Origin: Balanoglossus misakiensis | Taxonomy: Eukaryota > Animalia > Hemichordata | DNA: 64,000 nt | Reading direction: 5' to 3' | Assembly: GCA_040954595.2 (NCBI GenBank) | Contig: CM082578.2 | Coordinates: 8,107,519 to 8,171,518, forward strand | In this document: positions 24,378 to 40,100 of the stretch, piece after piece | How the letters are laid out: each line of letters opens with the position of its first letter | Numbering within the stretch: position 1 is the first letter of the stretch | Made by a program: the position numbers and the translations under genes | Notes under the pieces: model-generated | Told to the model about the DNA's origin: nothing | What the model saw: only the letters and a program-made list of their open reading frames with translations | Databases searched by the model: none

Positions 24378-27300
24378 GACCGGCCTTTTTTTTTTATTTG
24401 TATCCAAAGTTGCCAAGTTGGGGTGTTTTTTTGTGTTGTCTTTGTTGTCATGGCGGTCTCAGAAAATGCTAACATCGACTGGTAGATCCATGAGATGCTC
24501 ATTTTCCACCCCTGACTGAAGTATCCCATTTCGAAAATGGATTTCTATTTAAAAGTCGGCAGATGAAAGATATAAATGGTCGCCTTTGCAAATGTAGTTA
24601 CAGATACTATCTGTAATGTGGAGTAAGAGCTTGCCCACCACAGATTTTCACTGCTGTAACCATGCATGAAAAAATCGAGCCACCACATGGTCGTCAGAAC
24701 ACTAACACACCCATTTCATCCATATGTGGGTGTGGCTTATAGAGAAGATTGTATCTCTTTAACCTCAAAAGTGCCAGTACAAACCAAGCAACTCAAAAAA
24801 TAAGTATTAACTTAACCAAATAACTCAAAAATGATTCTCCCATAGATGTCAAGAAATGATGAATAAGTAAAACTGAAAACCTAAAGCTGTTCTGGTGCTT
24901 CACCGTCTTTTATATATCATATGCATCACTGCCAATTATTCTCGGGTATACCCTAAATGGCATATTATTGTACTGTAGTTTAAACCATTGGAAAAGTAGG
25001 CTTTATATTTCTTTTAATTTTTCCATGATGTCTGTTGTATAATATTTTTTGTGTGTGAAATTTGAAAAACCCAGGAGATACTCTGCAAAGCTTTAACTGA
25101 TAAACAATTTGGTTGCTCAGTCTAGTCTTGGATGAGGTGTCACACAGATTAAACCGTTTCACCCCCAGTGAAAGAGAGCTGGTCAGGGTTTTAGATTTTC
25201 TGCCCTTTTTGTTATTTATACGATATGATAGACAGTCACTTGTACACTGAAATTTTTAACTCTTAAAATAGTACTTTTTATATGTTTAGAAATCATGAAA
25301 CTAACAATTTTAACTTGCACAAGAAATGCACTAATATTTTATGCAAGATTATGAGTGATGGTACTGGAATTAGTACATGTATACAGATTCAGAATTCATC
25401 AGTATTGACATGGCAGCTCACTGTCACTGACTGCAGGGTTCTCCCCATGCTGGTCGACAGTGGTCGGGCCTACCAGTACTGAGGTGAAAAAGCTAGCAAA
25501 CAGGCTGCCAGCAGGCACTTCTCTGTGTACTCAATCTAGTGTGTTGTCTCGTTTTGATGAATGGGGAAGACTTGCAACAGACATGAATATTAATTAGTAT
25601 ACATATTAATGAGCATGAATATTAATGATTACCCAGCACTCAACAAGTCAAGCCGGGAGAATCCTGTGAGATAATTTCCTGTGTGTATGATCATGAGTAA
25701 ATCAAGTACAGACACAATGTCTGAAATTAAATTTTCTTCTGTACTTACTTCACAGGAACTACTCAACTCATTTTTTTTAAATTTAGTTCTTTGAGAGAAG
25801 CACATATTAGTAGAGGTAGAGATTTGTATTATGTTGTTTGTATATCAGTCATGTCTGTAGCAAATAAACTTTTTAAGGTCATTTTACCACTGTTCTCCGT
25901 GTTCCTGCTTGGCTAACGTGGCAGTTTGACAGCCACAGCCAAAATGTATTCAATGAAAACCTTTGCATCTATACCACTGTGCCCTGGCATTGTCCTTTGG
26001 TAAAAGAATCCGCATTCAAGTACAAATAATCACCAAGAATTTGGATGAAAGGTATGAGAAAATATCCAGAAAGGATAACTTTACAGGAAACAACAGACTA
26101 TTAATTCTGAGGGTGAAAATTTATTTCATGATTTCACTACAATTCATTTTAAACTAAGAATTGTGCATATTTATCTTTTTATATATTTCACACATTTTAA
26201 TCCAAAAATAGGTCTGAAATGCTTTTTAGCCATAGCCCCTAATTTCTTGAAGGTGTGTGGCTCTGTGTGCCATTCTCACTTATTGAGCCAGAGTCGACCC
26301 CCTCTCCACGGAGAGAAGACTGTCTTCAGGCAACTCAGAAGCTGTTGCCGTAAAGAGGTTATTGTTTACGACAATGTGACATAGGCCATGCTGGATAAAT
26401 AGACGCAGACAAACTTTTTCGAGATGAGAAATCCATTATCACTAGTACTGTAAGTTTCAACTTGAGAAGACGCACTGAATAATACTCAGCCGTGGGAAAC
26501 ATATCCCAATTCTTAAAGTGTCTGATACACAAGTCCCCAAACTCTTAAGTTGTGTTTAATTTATGGCTTGAAAGTTCAAACTATGTATGCGAAAAATAGC
26601 CAAACTAATTTTGATGAAATAGGTGCTGTGCGCACGCGTACGCGTGGTAATATAATTCACGCAACTGATAGTTTACAGTGTATATCTTCGATGGTCAGCC
26701 TGAGAACACGAAATCAGTCAACCTTTTAAAAGAATATTCATTCGTTGTAGATTTTCTTTCATATAGCTTTGAAAACGCGAAGTAGTTAAATTGTGAAATG
26801 CCCAATTTCTCGAGGGAAAGAATGACGACAAAACGGGATGATAAAGGTACAATAAACAAGATAGTTTGGAAAACCAGTGGAGAAACATTTTGAAAGTTTG
26901 CTTTGCATGGTTATGCTTTGCTTTGAAAAGCACACCCTACATATACCAGAAATTCGAAGCAAATGTCAAAACATTGAAGCAAGTCGACTTGAAACCAATT
27001 CGATTCTCATACCGAGAGAGAATTCTGTCAAAAAACAAGGTATGCAACCCTCTTAATTCTACACACGAAAAGGTTATTTGGTCATTCTCACGATAATCCA
27101 TTTTATTAAAAGTCGGCCGTACAATTATAGATATAATTACAAGTACATGTACATGTATTTAAAAGAGCAAATCTATTCCAAAATAACACCCAAGACATAA
27201 TATGCCAAATTGAATATTCTTGTCGTTCAATTGCGGAGGTTTTTTTCATCAATCCACGCCTATGGCAGAGGCACAAAACGGTTATTCGTTTCCCAAAGGC

Positions 27301-27500
27301 TACAATGGTAGAGTTTAGCCCAATACTCCTATCCTATCACCAATCCTGGTAACACACTTAGTCTACTAAGCAATTCGTTATTTGTCATTCGGACTGAGTC
27401 AAACACCATAAATAACAAATGAAAATAACCCAAAGTATTTTAAAATGTGTATTTCTTCTATCGTCTGTAGCATACGTTCACAAGTAAATTGTCAGGTTCT

Positions 27501-27557
27501 CGTAGCTAAAGTTTCACTGGAATCTATCGCGTAGCTAAAGTTTCACTGGAATCTATC
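27501..27557. repeat. Tandem duplication, ~29-bp unit x2
   Basis: CGTAGCTAAAGTTTCACTGGAATCTATC repeated directly. Confidence 0.9.
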
Positions 27558-27843
27558 TTTGTGGATCAACTAAAAATCCTAACAGTATACACAAGTATTC
27601 GATAACATGATCGACAGCAAAATTTACGCTGTAAAGGCCACTATACTAAAAAGCATCCACAGCTATGGAATAAAATCGTTTGCACAAAATTGTCTTTATT
27701 CCTAGCATTTTAATAAAGCGAATGGACCACAAGAATCTATTTCAACTACGTTCACATTCAAACAGACAATGATGTTTCGATGCTTGCTTCATGCAACTTC
27801 AGAAATTACGTGCTAACTGCCAATACACATGTGTTGGTAGGTA

Positions 27844-28011
27844 ATAGACCATTTTCCGAACTCCACGAGACCTCGCGAAATATCGCGTGGTAAAGGGCAA
27901 ACATTTTTGTGTGAAACTCTGCATATTCTACTTTACTTGGCTATAGCAACCTGTTGCTACGGTAATTAACCAATGATCGCGAGATCTCGCAATGGGCGGA
28001 AAATCGTATAT
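27844..28011. mobile_element. Possible short MITE-like inverted-repeat element
   Basis: ATAGACCATTTTCCG ... CGGAAAATCGTATAT imperfect inverted ends, plus inner CGAGA(C/T)CTCGCGA-type inverted motifs. Confidence 0.45.
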
Positions 28012-28499
28012 TTGCGTAATTGGTGATTTGAGCGAGTGAGCAAATGCATTATCTCATATTAATTCACCTAACGTTGATAATGATATAGAAAGTAAATTTG
28101 ATCATAGTATCATTTTATTAGGCTGTCTGTACGCCAATTCATTCCTTCATTTGCCAAATTGAATAAGGATCCATCGACAGCAAAAGTTTGCTAATTTATA
28201 AATTTATGTACAGCTTTCAGTTACAATGGGACCGTTAACCAAAACCCTAGCCTTAGACACCCCTCCCTGTACAACATCGTTCAGCAGACATTTTGCTTAT
28301 CACGTCTGGTTGTTATTGGCTGCCGTTACAGTTTGTACTGATGACGCAAATTGTCATCGTCACAGTTATCCCTTAGTTTTGAGCCTTTAAAGGGGCCAGG
28401 GATCAAACTGTAATTATTTGGCAGTGTTTTACCAGACTGTAGTTACTATAAATCGGAGGAAGAGCGAACTATGTGCGAGTCGGTAGCAGCGCGCAGTCG

Positions 28500-31400
28500 T
28501 TATAACTCAGTGGTTACTTCGTGCTGAAATCCGGGGTTGGTGTTTGAGGCATCCTCGCAAGGTGTGTCTAGATCATTCTCGTAAGATTTGTATGTTCCGA
28601 TTGCGTACGCGTCCGAGTCCACCCCTTCCTCTTTGAGGTAGGCCAGCTCTTCCTCTCCGGTGTCAAGCGGACGCACGATTGTTCCCGGAACTGGTTCCCT
28701 CAGAGTATCCCAACGCTGAAATTTAAATTGGACAAAAATTGAGTGAGGACAATTTAATCGACTGCATGCAAATTGCATGGTCCATCTGAAGTGCCTTGGT
28801 ATAATCCCATTATAATACGGGGAGGAAACGAGCAGTGCTTCATAGCAAATAAATTTGCAGGGTTATTGGCTGTTTCCACAATAGTACAAAATTTAGGCAA
28901 GACTGATCCTGGAACATGGTGGCGTTATAATCATGTATGCATAAGACACGTAGAACCTATGTAAATACACTCAGTTTACTTGCAAAAATCTAAACCTCAA
29001 AATGCGGCAAAATGAACGAGGAAACAAAAAAAATCTACTCACCTCCTTCAGTGTGCCGGGGGAAACAAGGAAGGCATAAATCACATAGGAGAAGACCCAG
29101 TGCATTGAGAAGGCGGACATTAACCAACCCAGACATTCACCCCATAGAGGATAGCGGTAATCTTCTTCATAGTAGGCACCGTCGTATGTGATAAAACTAA
29201 ACAACTGAATTGCCTGAGAAAGACAAGAAGCGCGGGAAATGTCATCACCACCACCACCGACAATACACACGGCGTTGTGTGTACTTTAAACTTTTCTTTG
29301 ACCATATTTCATTATGCCATAGGAACTTATTAAACTTGATCCATACGTTTAAGTATTATATCTACACGAAGTTTACATCAGACTTTCTATACGTTTTATA
29401 GACATTCGCAGTTGTGGTCACAGTCGATACCAGTAGCAAATGATTATAGAAAAGCCGTCCAACCAATAGGATTGATCTCTGTCTCTCTTTGTCTATCTCT
29501 TCTCTCTCTCTCTCTCTCCCCCCTTCCCCCTTCGCCCAACGCTCACCCTCTTTGCGTACCGAGAAAAGACAATGCAGAAATACTCACAATCAATCCGAGA
29601 GGTATGACTATCGCCCAGTGGATTGGCCACAGGATGTTGGGTTTGTGGCCAAGCATATCAGCTATGCCACGCAGGAAAGGCTTGTATCCCCACGCATAGC
29701 ATATAGCTATACTTTCCCACATGCCTGACCACAGTAGTACATATCCACTGGCTCCCCAACCATCCATTAGCGTAAATATGTACATTCCTCCCTATTGTGG
29801 GGAGAAAAAAAACGCAATTCTTTAGTACTCAAACAATGGCAGATGCTCAAGTGATTGCTACAAACAACCAAGATTTTGATTTGGTTGCCAAATTATCACA
29901 CGATAATTGTGCATACTTCTGTATACTTGATGAGTTTTACTTATTCATGGATTTTTTGCTGACAGCATATCGACAAAGTAGACATTTCATATGTCTCCTT
30001 CTCCAAATCTAAGGCCAAGCATAAAGATCAACATCTCCGTATGATCGATTCAGCGGCTAAAGGCGTGCTGTTCGAGCCAACACAACCGAAACGCAGCCCA
30101 ATTGCGAATATCCCTGCGAGAGCAACGTCTGGACGTTTACAAGTGCTTACCCGTGTAACACAAGGCAATGCCATCAGATAGTACACCACGCAAAGAAGGG
30201 CAAGGCATATGCTTCGGTGCCTTCGAAAGAGTTTGGGATATTCGTCCGCTAAACAAGTATAGAAACCTTCAACCACACAAAACTGTAAAAAATATAGAGA
30301 CAAAGAGATTCAAAAGTCATGTCCATTTATTCCAGTCAGCCCGTGGTGAGAGCCGGGCTAATATCTAGCTAAATTATAAAACTGTCTCTTCGCCCAATCC
30401 ATCGCCATGGATATTGAAATAATAAGAGTTTAATAAGATATGTTAACCCAAAACATATCTCCAAAGAATGGATGGTATTTCAGGTAGAAAAATGCTATAA
30501 TAATGATACAGCAACAGGGCTTAATTCTTCCGATGTCATTCTAACACCGTCTCACCTGACTGTCCAACCCAAGCATCAACAACATGACAAAGAAACATAT
30601 CGCCCAGAAATTCGATATCGGCATCTCAGCTATAGCCGTAGGCACGGCTATAAACACCAAACCAGGACCTGGAATGGAGGACATTCAAATACTATTTGAG
30701 AAAAAAATACAAAACTGTCACCAGCTACATTGCTACAGCTATACGAATCAAATAGTACCGAGAAATCCGACATTAAAGATGGATATGCCCTATACACCCA
30801 CTCATGTTTTACCTTTCATATTAAGCTATTTTGAAATTCACTTTTAATAGCAAAAATATTATGGCACATTCAGAAGGAATGGACAAAAATGACTATTATA
30901 TTTCTTTTATTGAAACAGTTCTGATGCGAGACTTATGTATACTGTTCAACATTTCTGGGTCCTAGATTCACGGAAGGCAGAGCAGAAAGGTTCAAATCAC
31001 CATTTTGTGTAGTTTCGAATTAGAGTAGCTTTTAGAATTGGTGTTAGCCGACCGGAGGTAGATACGGGCGGCTCCTTGGACTATACTGACTTACCTTCGT
31101 CAACCACTTCGGACACCTCTTTGCCCTGTTCCCAGGCCATGAAGCCCAGACAGGCGAAAATCATGAATCCGGCGTACAGACTTGTGCAACAATTTACTAT
31201 GCAAACGACCAGTGTGTCTCTGGAAGAAAAAATAATGACGTCGCGTGAATAGCGCGTAATAGTGGGTATGACATTGACCATGGCGTTCCTGGTTAATTTA
31301 GTAGAAAATAATATACAGGAAAATACATGAAAAATAATGCTACTGTAACAGTACAAGGCACAAAGAGCCCCCCCCCCCCGCTCCTTTCGTTTTTGTCATT

Positions 31401-34148
31401 TCTGTAGCCCTGCAAGCACCCCGAACATCTCATGCTATTGTGATATTAACCAGTGTCCATTCAACGTATCCAACGCTCCTTCTTTTGAAATATTAAAACG
31501 TAACGCAGTGACCACATTTAGAACTCTAGCTCTTCTTCTATTTCAATAATATATGAATAGGCCTACGTGTAGATGTAACACTTACATAAGTACATTGTTA
31601 TTGTAATCATTGTAACTTCCAAGGGATATCAAACCGGCGAATCCGATACCGAGCGAGAAGAAGATCTGCGAGGCTGCATCCACCCATACCTGTTCATTCA
31701 GAACGAAGTCATTTAAGAGGAAACAGTCAGTTATTTTCATTTACGTGAAAACCGCACAGAAGACACTTACGCCAATGAAAGAAAGCATTGTGAAAGTAAT
31801 GCTGTGAATCATGTTAAACCGAGAAGCGCATGATGAGTGCACATGTAGTCTTCAATTAACTTAAATCACAATGACTCTGGTATGAATTTTGCAATAGAGG
31901 AGTCTTGGATTCACCATCTGACATTGCGTTGGGAATGACCTTTGTGACGAACTGTTTCTCGTTTTAACACGCAGCACTTTGTGATATTTGAAAGAAGCGA
32001 GATCAAGATATTTCAGAGGTGCTACGTCTCGTATGGTAGGTGGCGTTTTCTCGCAATGACCACCGGATGGGCAGATGTGGTAGGCCCACTTTTCTTTCCG
32101 GAGTGTTTTACGGCATATGTGACGTCTGCAGCCGACTGTTTTACGGCATACGTGACTCTACCTCAGACTGTTTTACGGCATACGTGACTCTGCCGCCGGA
32201 CAAATCAGATGAAAACACATAAAAAGTCTTGTCTTCGACTAATTCACCAACGACACCAGTCTTACCTGAGCATCCGAAAGTCGGGAAAGGTCAGGATAAA
32301 GGTAATAATATATGCCATCCTCGGCACCGGGTAAAGTGACTGCGCGAATCAGTAAAATAGTCAGCACCACGTACGGAAATGTTGTTGTGAACCACACGAT
32401 CTGGGATGAAGGAGTACAAGAAAAATTACCAGTCTATTCATGCAGCACATTTATGCTCTGCAGCATGCCAAGTTATAGTAACCAGACAAATAGCCTGTAA
32501 ATAGCCGATAATGGCAACCCATCGCCACAAACTATTACATAAACTATAGGTATCGGATTCTCCCCGAAACCTACTTCAGGGGATCGGAGAAATTTACGTC
32601 TATGTACCAGACAGCAGAGTACACCCTTAGTCAGAACTCCTTCAAATTATACTTCCTTACAGGGACGTGGAAATTTTAAAAATCTTACCTTTCCCGTAGT
32701 CCTGACTCCTCTCCAAATGCACAAGTAGACGAGGCCCCAAGCGCCGGCCAGGGAAAGGGCAAGATACCAAACAATGCCGTCAAGATCGTGTATTCCGTCA
32801 GATATCTGGAGGACAAAATTACTGAAACAAAACATCGACGTCACTACAGGTGCAGGTGCTCAACTCCCGAGCCATTTGCTTTGACAAGCCATTCAAACAA
32901 ATACAACCGTTCTGACAAGCACGCGCGTTTTGATTTTCTGTCTTTTGAAAATCTACTTTTTCTCAGCACTCGTATTATATTTAACACCCCGACTTCATGA
33001 GTTAAAAGATCCCGTCGACGTGAGACGGCTTGCTACAAGAAAAAAACTTCGAAGCAGGCTTTCGAGTGACAATACAAGATGTCTCCTTACTTCCAGTACT
33101 GTTCTGCGGGAGTTTCGGCAAGATCCAGAGAAACCGTTATGTTGCCGTACTCTCCCGTGAGGTAGTCGGTCCCGTTGTTAGTCATGTTCATGGTCTTGCT
33201 GTCAAAGCAGTAGATGTCGTTCCACCACCCGTAGCAGATGGACCAGGGAAGGGTGGGCGAGAATGAGAATATTAAGTAGATGATGATCCAAGCTATGATG
33301 ACAATGTAGTAGATGTTCATCATGCAGGCGATGGTGGCAGCCGTGTAACCACACCCTGGGTGAAAGAGAAAATAAAGACCAATGCAGTACCGTTACTACT
33401 GCTAACTTGGAGACAATACATCTTTAATGAGAAAGTTCACTTTGGGATCTGTAAATATTTTAAGGTTGTGAATTAAGTACAGATTTGCAGAAAAATTAGT
33501 TATATTATAGTGTGATGAGTCATTTTGAATTTCATATTTGAGACAGTTTTGCTCTCTCATTGAAAACTTTGCACAGTGACCCCGGGCAGTGTGCAGCGGC
33601 CTCGTAAGGATGAATTTTGATTGGTCAGTCCCTTGACAATACTCTTCAAACGGGTGTACAACACTCAACAGGTGCATGAATGCTGTAAGCTGCGACGACA
33701 GGCCTTCGCGTGGCGCTGCACAATCATAGACAGTCTATGGCACAATGCACCAAGACGCGTGTTGCTTGAATCTGATCAAATGTTGTTGTCTTTTATGAAC
33801 AATTGCTGGTAATCATGGGTTTCCATTATTGTTTACTGAATCAAAAATGGTGCATTGTTTACTGAATCAAAACAGGGTGGATTGTGTATTACGGAGAAGA
33901 TGGACCAAAGTACATAATACCCCGAGAGGCGTTGGACTCTGCACCATTGATGAAAGTACAGCTCAACCAGGACTGAGTACGACCGGTTATTCCAAAGGTG
34001 TGTTGTGGTCAATAAAGAAGAATGATGTTTGTCAAATGCCACTGAAAAGTCTAAAGGTCACATCATTGCCATTGTCAAGGGCAGCAATAATTTGTTTATA
34101 ATTGTAAGGCTGGTGGATGCAACTCTGCACAGAGAACTATAAGAAACA

Positions 34149-34199
<51 letters not shown>

Positions 34200-37100
34200 A
34201 GTATATCTTGCAATGGAGAAATATAGACCATGGGTATTAAACAACGGGGGTGCCACTCCATGAACTGCTATACTGAATCGACACTTACCTTTGCAGTATG
34301 GAATAATGTTCCAAACGGTGAGACCGCCCACCTGGCGATACTGACCGAAGGCCTCCTCCATGTAGAAGGCGGGAATGCCAAGGAATATAAGGCATATGAC
34401 GTAGGGAATCAGGAAAGCACCTGTGGGAAATTGCAAAGTGTTTGTTAGTGGTGCATGGTGGTTGAGAATCCAGGGATGGATGTGAATCCAGGGTGCCGTT
34501 GCATGACAGGGACATCTGGAGGTGAAGTTTGGTTGCGGTGCGTTTGACTACCGCAACTGAAACAGGGAAAGGTTCCTACTCTTCAATAATACAATAATAT
34601 TATAAGCAACGGAATACAATAGAGTTAAAAGAATTTTTTTTCTTCTCCAGATCTGGTTTTCATCAGACTCTGCGCATGGGCTTTCGATAAGCAATGATTA
34701 CCCGTCATGCCCTGTTCCTTTAGGTCATCATTCTCTGTCTGACGTGCATCAGAAACGGCCACGTTGATATGTCACAGGAAAGGGCGATAACAGATAATTA
34801 GGCCTAACGCAAATAACCTGATATTATCTCGGATGATAAAAACCATGTCGGGACACTGGTAGGGACAGATAGGCTGCCTGGATTTCAAAATTGATAATGG
34901 ATTTGGCGATCTAAAGTGCATGTTCATTGTACATCAAAGGGGCAGCTGAGGGCATGTTATAGACATTATCAGATAACTTCGATGCTGTCACCAAAAATTT
35001 CGTTGCAGCACAACCCTTCAATGGGAAGACAACCATGCCCCTGGAAAGAGCAAAATGTGACAAGGTCCCGACTGGTTATTATCTGAGATAATGCATGATG
35101 AATTTGATAACGAGGTGCATGATATGAGTTAAGAACTACTGTTCAAGCGACAGAGGTGGCGGGTCCCTGAACTACAGTCGTATTTGTCAAAACACGATAG
35201 CGTTGATACATTTACGATCCGCGGCGCAGTATTGTTAGGAGACACGAGTCCATGTACATCAGATATCACAAGTAACAATGAATTAAGAGGGTATCGTCAA
35301 CGTAAGATAGATTAACCACGAATTAATCAGTTGTGGTAAACTTTGTATTTTATCGGATGATAATTGACAGGCTTGACTCTTTCGCCAAAGTAAAGAGCAG
35401 CTTGCATCCATTCCCACTATTTTCATATCGGGGTGCTGTGTGGTCAAAGTTCGAATAATCGATCCGTGTATAAAGAGCCATGTAGCTATGTGCGATATTG
35501 GCCTCTAGTGTTACACTTGGATGAAGAGGGGATGACCGTTAGATTCAAGGGCTGCAGTAAACAGCTGATGAGACACGGGCTCGCGGAGATCGCGATGGGA
35601 CTGTATAATCCCCTGGCCCCGAAGTGCATTTTCTCCAAAGTTTCCAGTATGTATAGTCAAATATACCTGACTCAATTTTTCTCGCAAGCCTATAGTTTAA
35701 TACTGTAGCAACTGAAAATGTCGCTGGCAATCTACACTGCCTGCAATATATTACTATGTAGATCAATATTATAGCACGCCAGCTTGCGTCAAATGCGCAT
35801 GTTCTGAAATTACTGCTGGGATGTCCACGCTATCTTGCCCACCGGATACATATTGCCATTATATATGATATTTAACCACTAGACGATAAACATCTCTGAA
35901 ATTAATGTTGTGAATGCAGACGATGATATCGCAATTTCATATCAGCCGCAAGCATTAATTTTCATGTTTGAAATATGATAAATCGTAACACAACATCCAC
36001 CTTTCCGCCATTTCAAAATGGGAAAATACCACACAACCGCACACCTGTCAAATACAATAAACAGTAGACTACGGTCTTTCAAATACTTATGGCGATGGAT
36101 ATGTCCATACTTCCTAACGATTTTAAGATCTACACAAAGCGTTTAAATTATACATAACATGGTACTTCAGATAAATGCTCGTTAGTTCAAGCATACTATG
36201 CTAAAATTGTTGCAAATTCCATAAATTCACCACGTGTACGTGTCCAAACCTGTTAATTTTACAATTACGACAGTTACCCGAAAGTTTCAATTAATACGTT
36301 GCATATTAGGTTGTAAAATGTGCATCGTGGGAAATAGCACAGAGCTTACATTGATGCGATGGTTAACAATTTACCCCAGGCATTGCTTTACTGACGAGTA
36401 CCGGCTATGTCGCCGCGACCGCTTTCCGGACGACCTGTAGCAAATCAATCAAATTCTAATGTTTATTTATTTACTTATCTATTTATTGACGTGTCAATTA
36501 TAAATACAGTTTGGCATGTGGGATCCTTGCCAAATAAAACTGGTTATAAATGACAGCGCCCACCCAACTAAATAGGATGTATTTTGATAAATCTCTCTTT
36601 ACGATAAGTCTTCATCGGCTGTACCAGACACTGGGGTCGCCGTGTGTCAACGTATGACCGTACTCTTATTCACGAATTTCGACCGTTAAATGTCTCACAC
36701 CGAACCGGGTAGCGTGCTCTGGTTCATGTTTTCAGCATTTTCTCGTTCTTTCCCGTGTAATTACTACATAGTAATGCGAGATCTGACTAACAAGGGTATT
36801 ATAATTCACAAACTGTCAAGCAAGAATGTTAATCCTACAATGAAGAGTGACATGATAATGATATTTACATATCTGTCTGATTTGATAAAGTTGTCATCAG
36901 TCGCACGTGATCAAGCATGTCACGAGCTTGCCGCATGCCAAGTAAACAGTTCGGGGGCAGTTTGGAGCGATCTCGTAAGTTAATTTATTGGCTAGTTCCT
37001 TGCACTCTTCAAACAGGTGTCACTACAGGTGCATGGATATTGCACCCTAATGAGCACCGGCCTTCCGAGGTGCTGCACAAACATTGTGCACATGCGTCTA

Positions 37101-40100
37101 CCAAGAAACGACGATAGGTGTAAACAATCCTTCAATTCGTAAAGAGCGTGAATTTGATGATTTTTTTAAAATCTCCGACAAGTGCATCTTCTGATTATCG
37201 TCATTCGCTAACCACTATTTCATTAGTTTGCGCCAAGTAAACACATGCTCCGGCTGTGTCCATTGTTAAATATGAAACTGGTTCTTTCGTCTCATTGACA
37301 GTAGGAGGTTGGAGGAATTTTTATTAAGATCTTATATATTCGATCCCGCTAGCTATCTCCTAAAATTCTTACCCTATGAAACTGGTTCTTTCCTCTCATT
37401 GACGGTAGGAGGTTGGAGGAATTTTTATTAAGATCTTGTATATTCGATCCCGCTAGCTATCTCCAAAAATTCCTACCCTGTGTATCACGGCCATAAATAT
37501 GTGATGCTCAACACCCACCCTCCCTCCCTCACAGCCTAAAATTTATGGTCCAATATTTACTTACAGGGTGGTAGTCTTGTTTCGTATGTCAAATAATGTT
37601 CTGGTCTCCTTTACACTTACATTCAGTTGCCTCTGAGTCAGCAGTAAGATTTGATGACAAGCTAAATACTATGTTTGAACAAATATCTAAGGATGCAACA
37701 GGTGTCAACCGTATAAAGCATGTGTAAAATGACATTCATTGACGAATTCGGCCACTTTCACCACTTGTTTTGGTTATCATTACTTTATTCGTGCATCTAG
37801 AGCAGTTTACTCCACTCCCAGTGCGGATTTATTCGGGTTTTTTCACGTCTTTACATGTGTTACATGCAGTGGAATTGTTGCCAGGTGATTATTGACTGCA
37901 CAATGTACAAAGGGTGCGTTGAAAAACTGGCATGGTACCAGTTAGTCGAAAAAAAAGTTACTGGACAGGACTAATCTTTGAACAAAATGACAAAACAGCC
38001 CCATGTATTTCAAACACTCTGTTATGTACTGAGATAATCATACGAATATTTGTGCCAAAGTGTGTGTGTACCAAAGTGTGCAGTGTGCTTAGCACTCAAA
38101 TGACATGTTGGCCTTTAGTGGCAAAACCAAAACAAACAGTTCTGCGTGTAGTCTGTAGAGGCCTTTGGTTACATTTTCAGTGGTGTCATAGGCCTAACTC
38201 GGACGGATTCCCGCTTGAAGCACACAGTCGTATACAATGCTTTCAAAATCAGAGGTTTTTATATTACTATTTGTTGGCAGTTCTATGGAAACGCAATGAA
38301 ATTTCATGTTAGCTAGGTTTGTTAGCTAGGTATGAAGTTATGTGTCCGGAGAATGGCCGTCTTAAACTAGTGAACGTTCGGTTTGTAACCCGTTTAAATC
38401 AGGATTTCTGCTGTGCGAGAGAAAGTCCAGTTGGTGCTTTGTTGGATGATGAACGTAAATTCTGGTGATATCACTTGAACTTGTGTCTGTATGAAAACTA
38501 GAATTTCTTGTCAGACCGGATAGTGATCCGATTAAAAGTGGATAAGCATCGAACATCGCTGTAATATGATTCACTTGTCACCATGACTTGCGTCTGTTAG
38601 CTCAGGGAGTCCACCGAACAAAGGTTGGAAGGACGACCACGCCTAACTTGGTGGGGGGGGGAGTCTGCATCCAAACCCCGCCATGCTAATTATAGTGTTT
38701 TCAAAGATTATTGCACGCGTCCTCTAGAGAATGATATCTTACTGAAGTTACTACATCATAACCATATGCCTTAATGGCGAGGAAAGATGTGTTTACAAAA
38801 TAATACTTTATTCGCCGGACACAAACAGCTGCAGTGAACAACTCAAAACATAATTAAGACTTCCAGCAACCAACGAAATTCCTTTGCAAATGTGAATTTC
38901 CGAATCGAAAAATATCCAAAATATCAAATTTTTGATGCTAAATGTTGTCATCTAACCTGGTGTTGAATCTGTTAGTATTTTTGCTCAGTTGTTCTTGAAT
39001 TAGAAGTAAATATTCCTTCAAAATAATATTCTTTGCACCTATAAGCTTATGTTTATGCGTTTGTCTTTTATTTGGATCAATTTGCCAAGAAGCATATACT
39101 CAGTGTTGTCAACCGTCATCGCACGTGACTTCACGATAGAATAAAATCTGTCAACCTTCAAACCCCGCAACCTTTATACCCCAACATGCGGAGGACCATT
39201 TGAACTTCACTCCAATCACCCAGACACAGCGCATTCAACTCATCCCATGTCTCGCCGAGCAGAGTCCGTCCAGAGATCCAATTCCATTCATCACAGAGAG
39301 AAGAGTAACGATACCTGTCAAGGGGTTCTTTACCTAATACATGTACTTGGGCTTTGGTGGGGTTACCAAGCCCAAATCAACCATCACTACCATGATAACA
39401 GAACGGTATCCATCAACCGACGCTACTACAACAATTAAGGCGGGATACAGATGTCACATTGTTCAGCCGCATGTCATGGGCACTCTGAAGCCCTGAACCA
39501 GATTTTCCCACTCTAACGAGGTACAGGAGAGATCTGTTCCTGGCAATATAAGAGACGGGGGCATTGCGCAGCCCCCGTGGTGGTTTTGCGGTTTTTATTT
39601 GCGGCTATTCGGACGTGTGTGTGTTATCCTCTTCTGCCCATGCCACGATCTTGTGGTTGCAGTGGACCAATACCCTGGATACTTATCTATCCCACCGGGA
39701 TCAAACTTCACCGGCCTTGTTTCATCACAAGCATCAGCAACAAACAAACTTTAAAAAACGCTACTCATGACATTTTCGCGTCATCTTCCCCCATAGGCCC
39801 TACATGTTGTTACTCATTAACTTCAACTCGAACAAGACATGTGTTAGAAAAAAACAACTTTTGCAATTAACGTGGGGCTAAACTGCAGATAAAGAATATT
39901 TCAACAACAACAAAATCAATCGTTCACGCTTCTAAGATACCAAATTGCCCCCTACTCATTTATGGCATTTATGGTGTCTGAAAAGCTCTTTTATGACAAA
40001 TGACATCGCAGAGTTTATCTCTCAATGCGTCTGTCATTTATTTCAATAAACGTTGGAATGTTCAATGGTCCTATGAAGTGCATTTTGGCGGGTTTTTTTT

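Noticed and set aside
32105-32200. Three ~20-bp repeats with short variable gaps resembling a mini CRISPR array
   Set aside because: The gaps are only ~12 bp and similar to each other, the site is a spliceosomal intron and no cas genes are present. It is a minisatellite.
33829-34101. ORFs in SLC6 intron 2 as a nested gene
   Set aside because: No recognisable domain or supporting exon chain, and the region includes a short local duplication.
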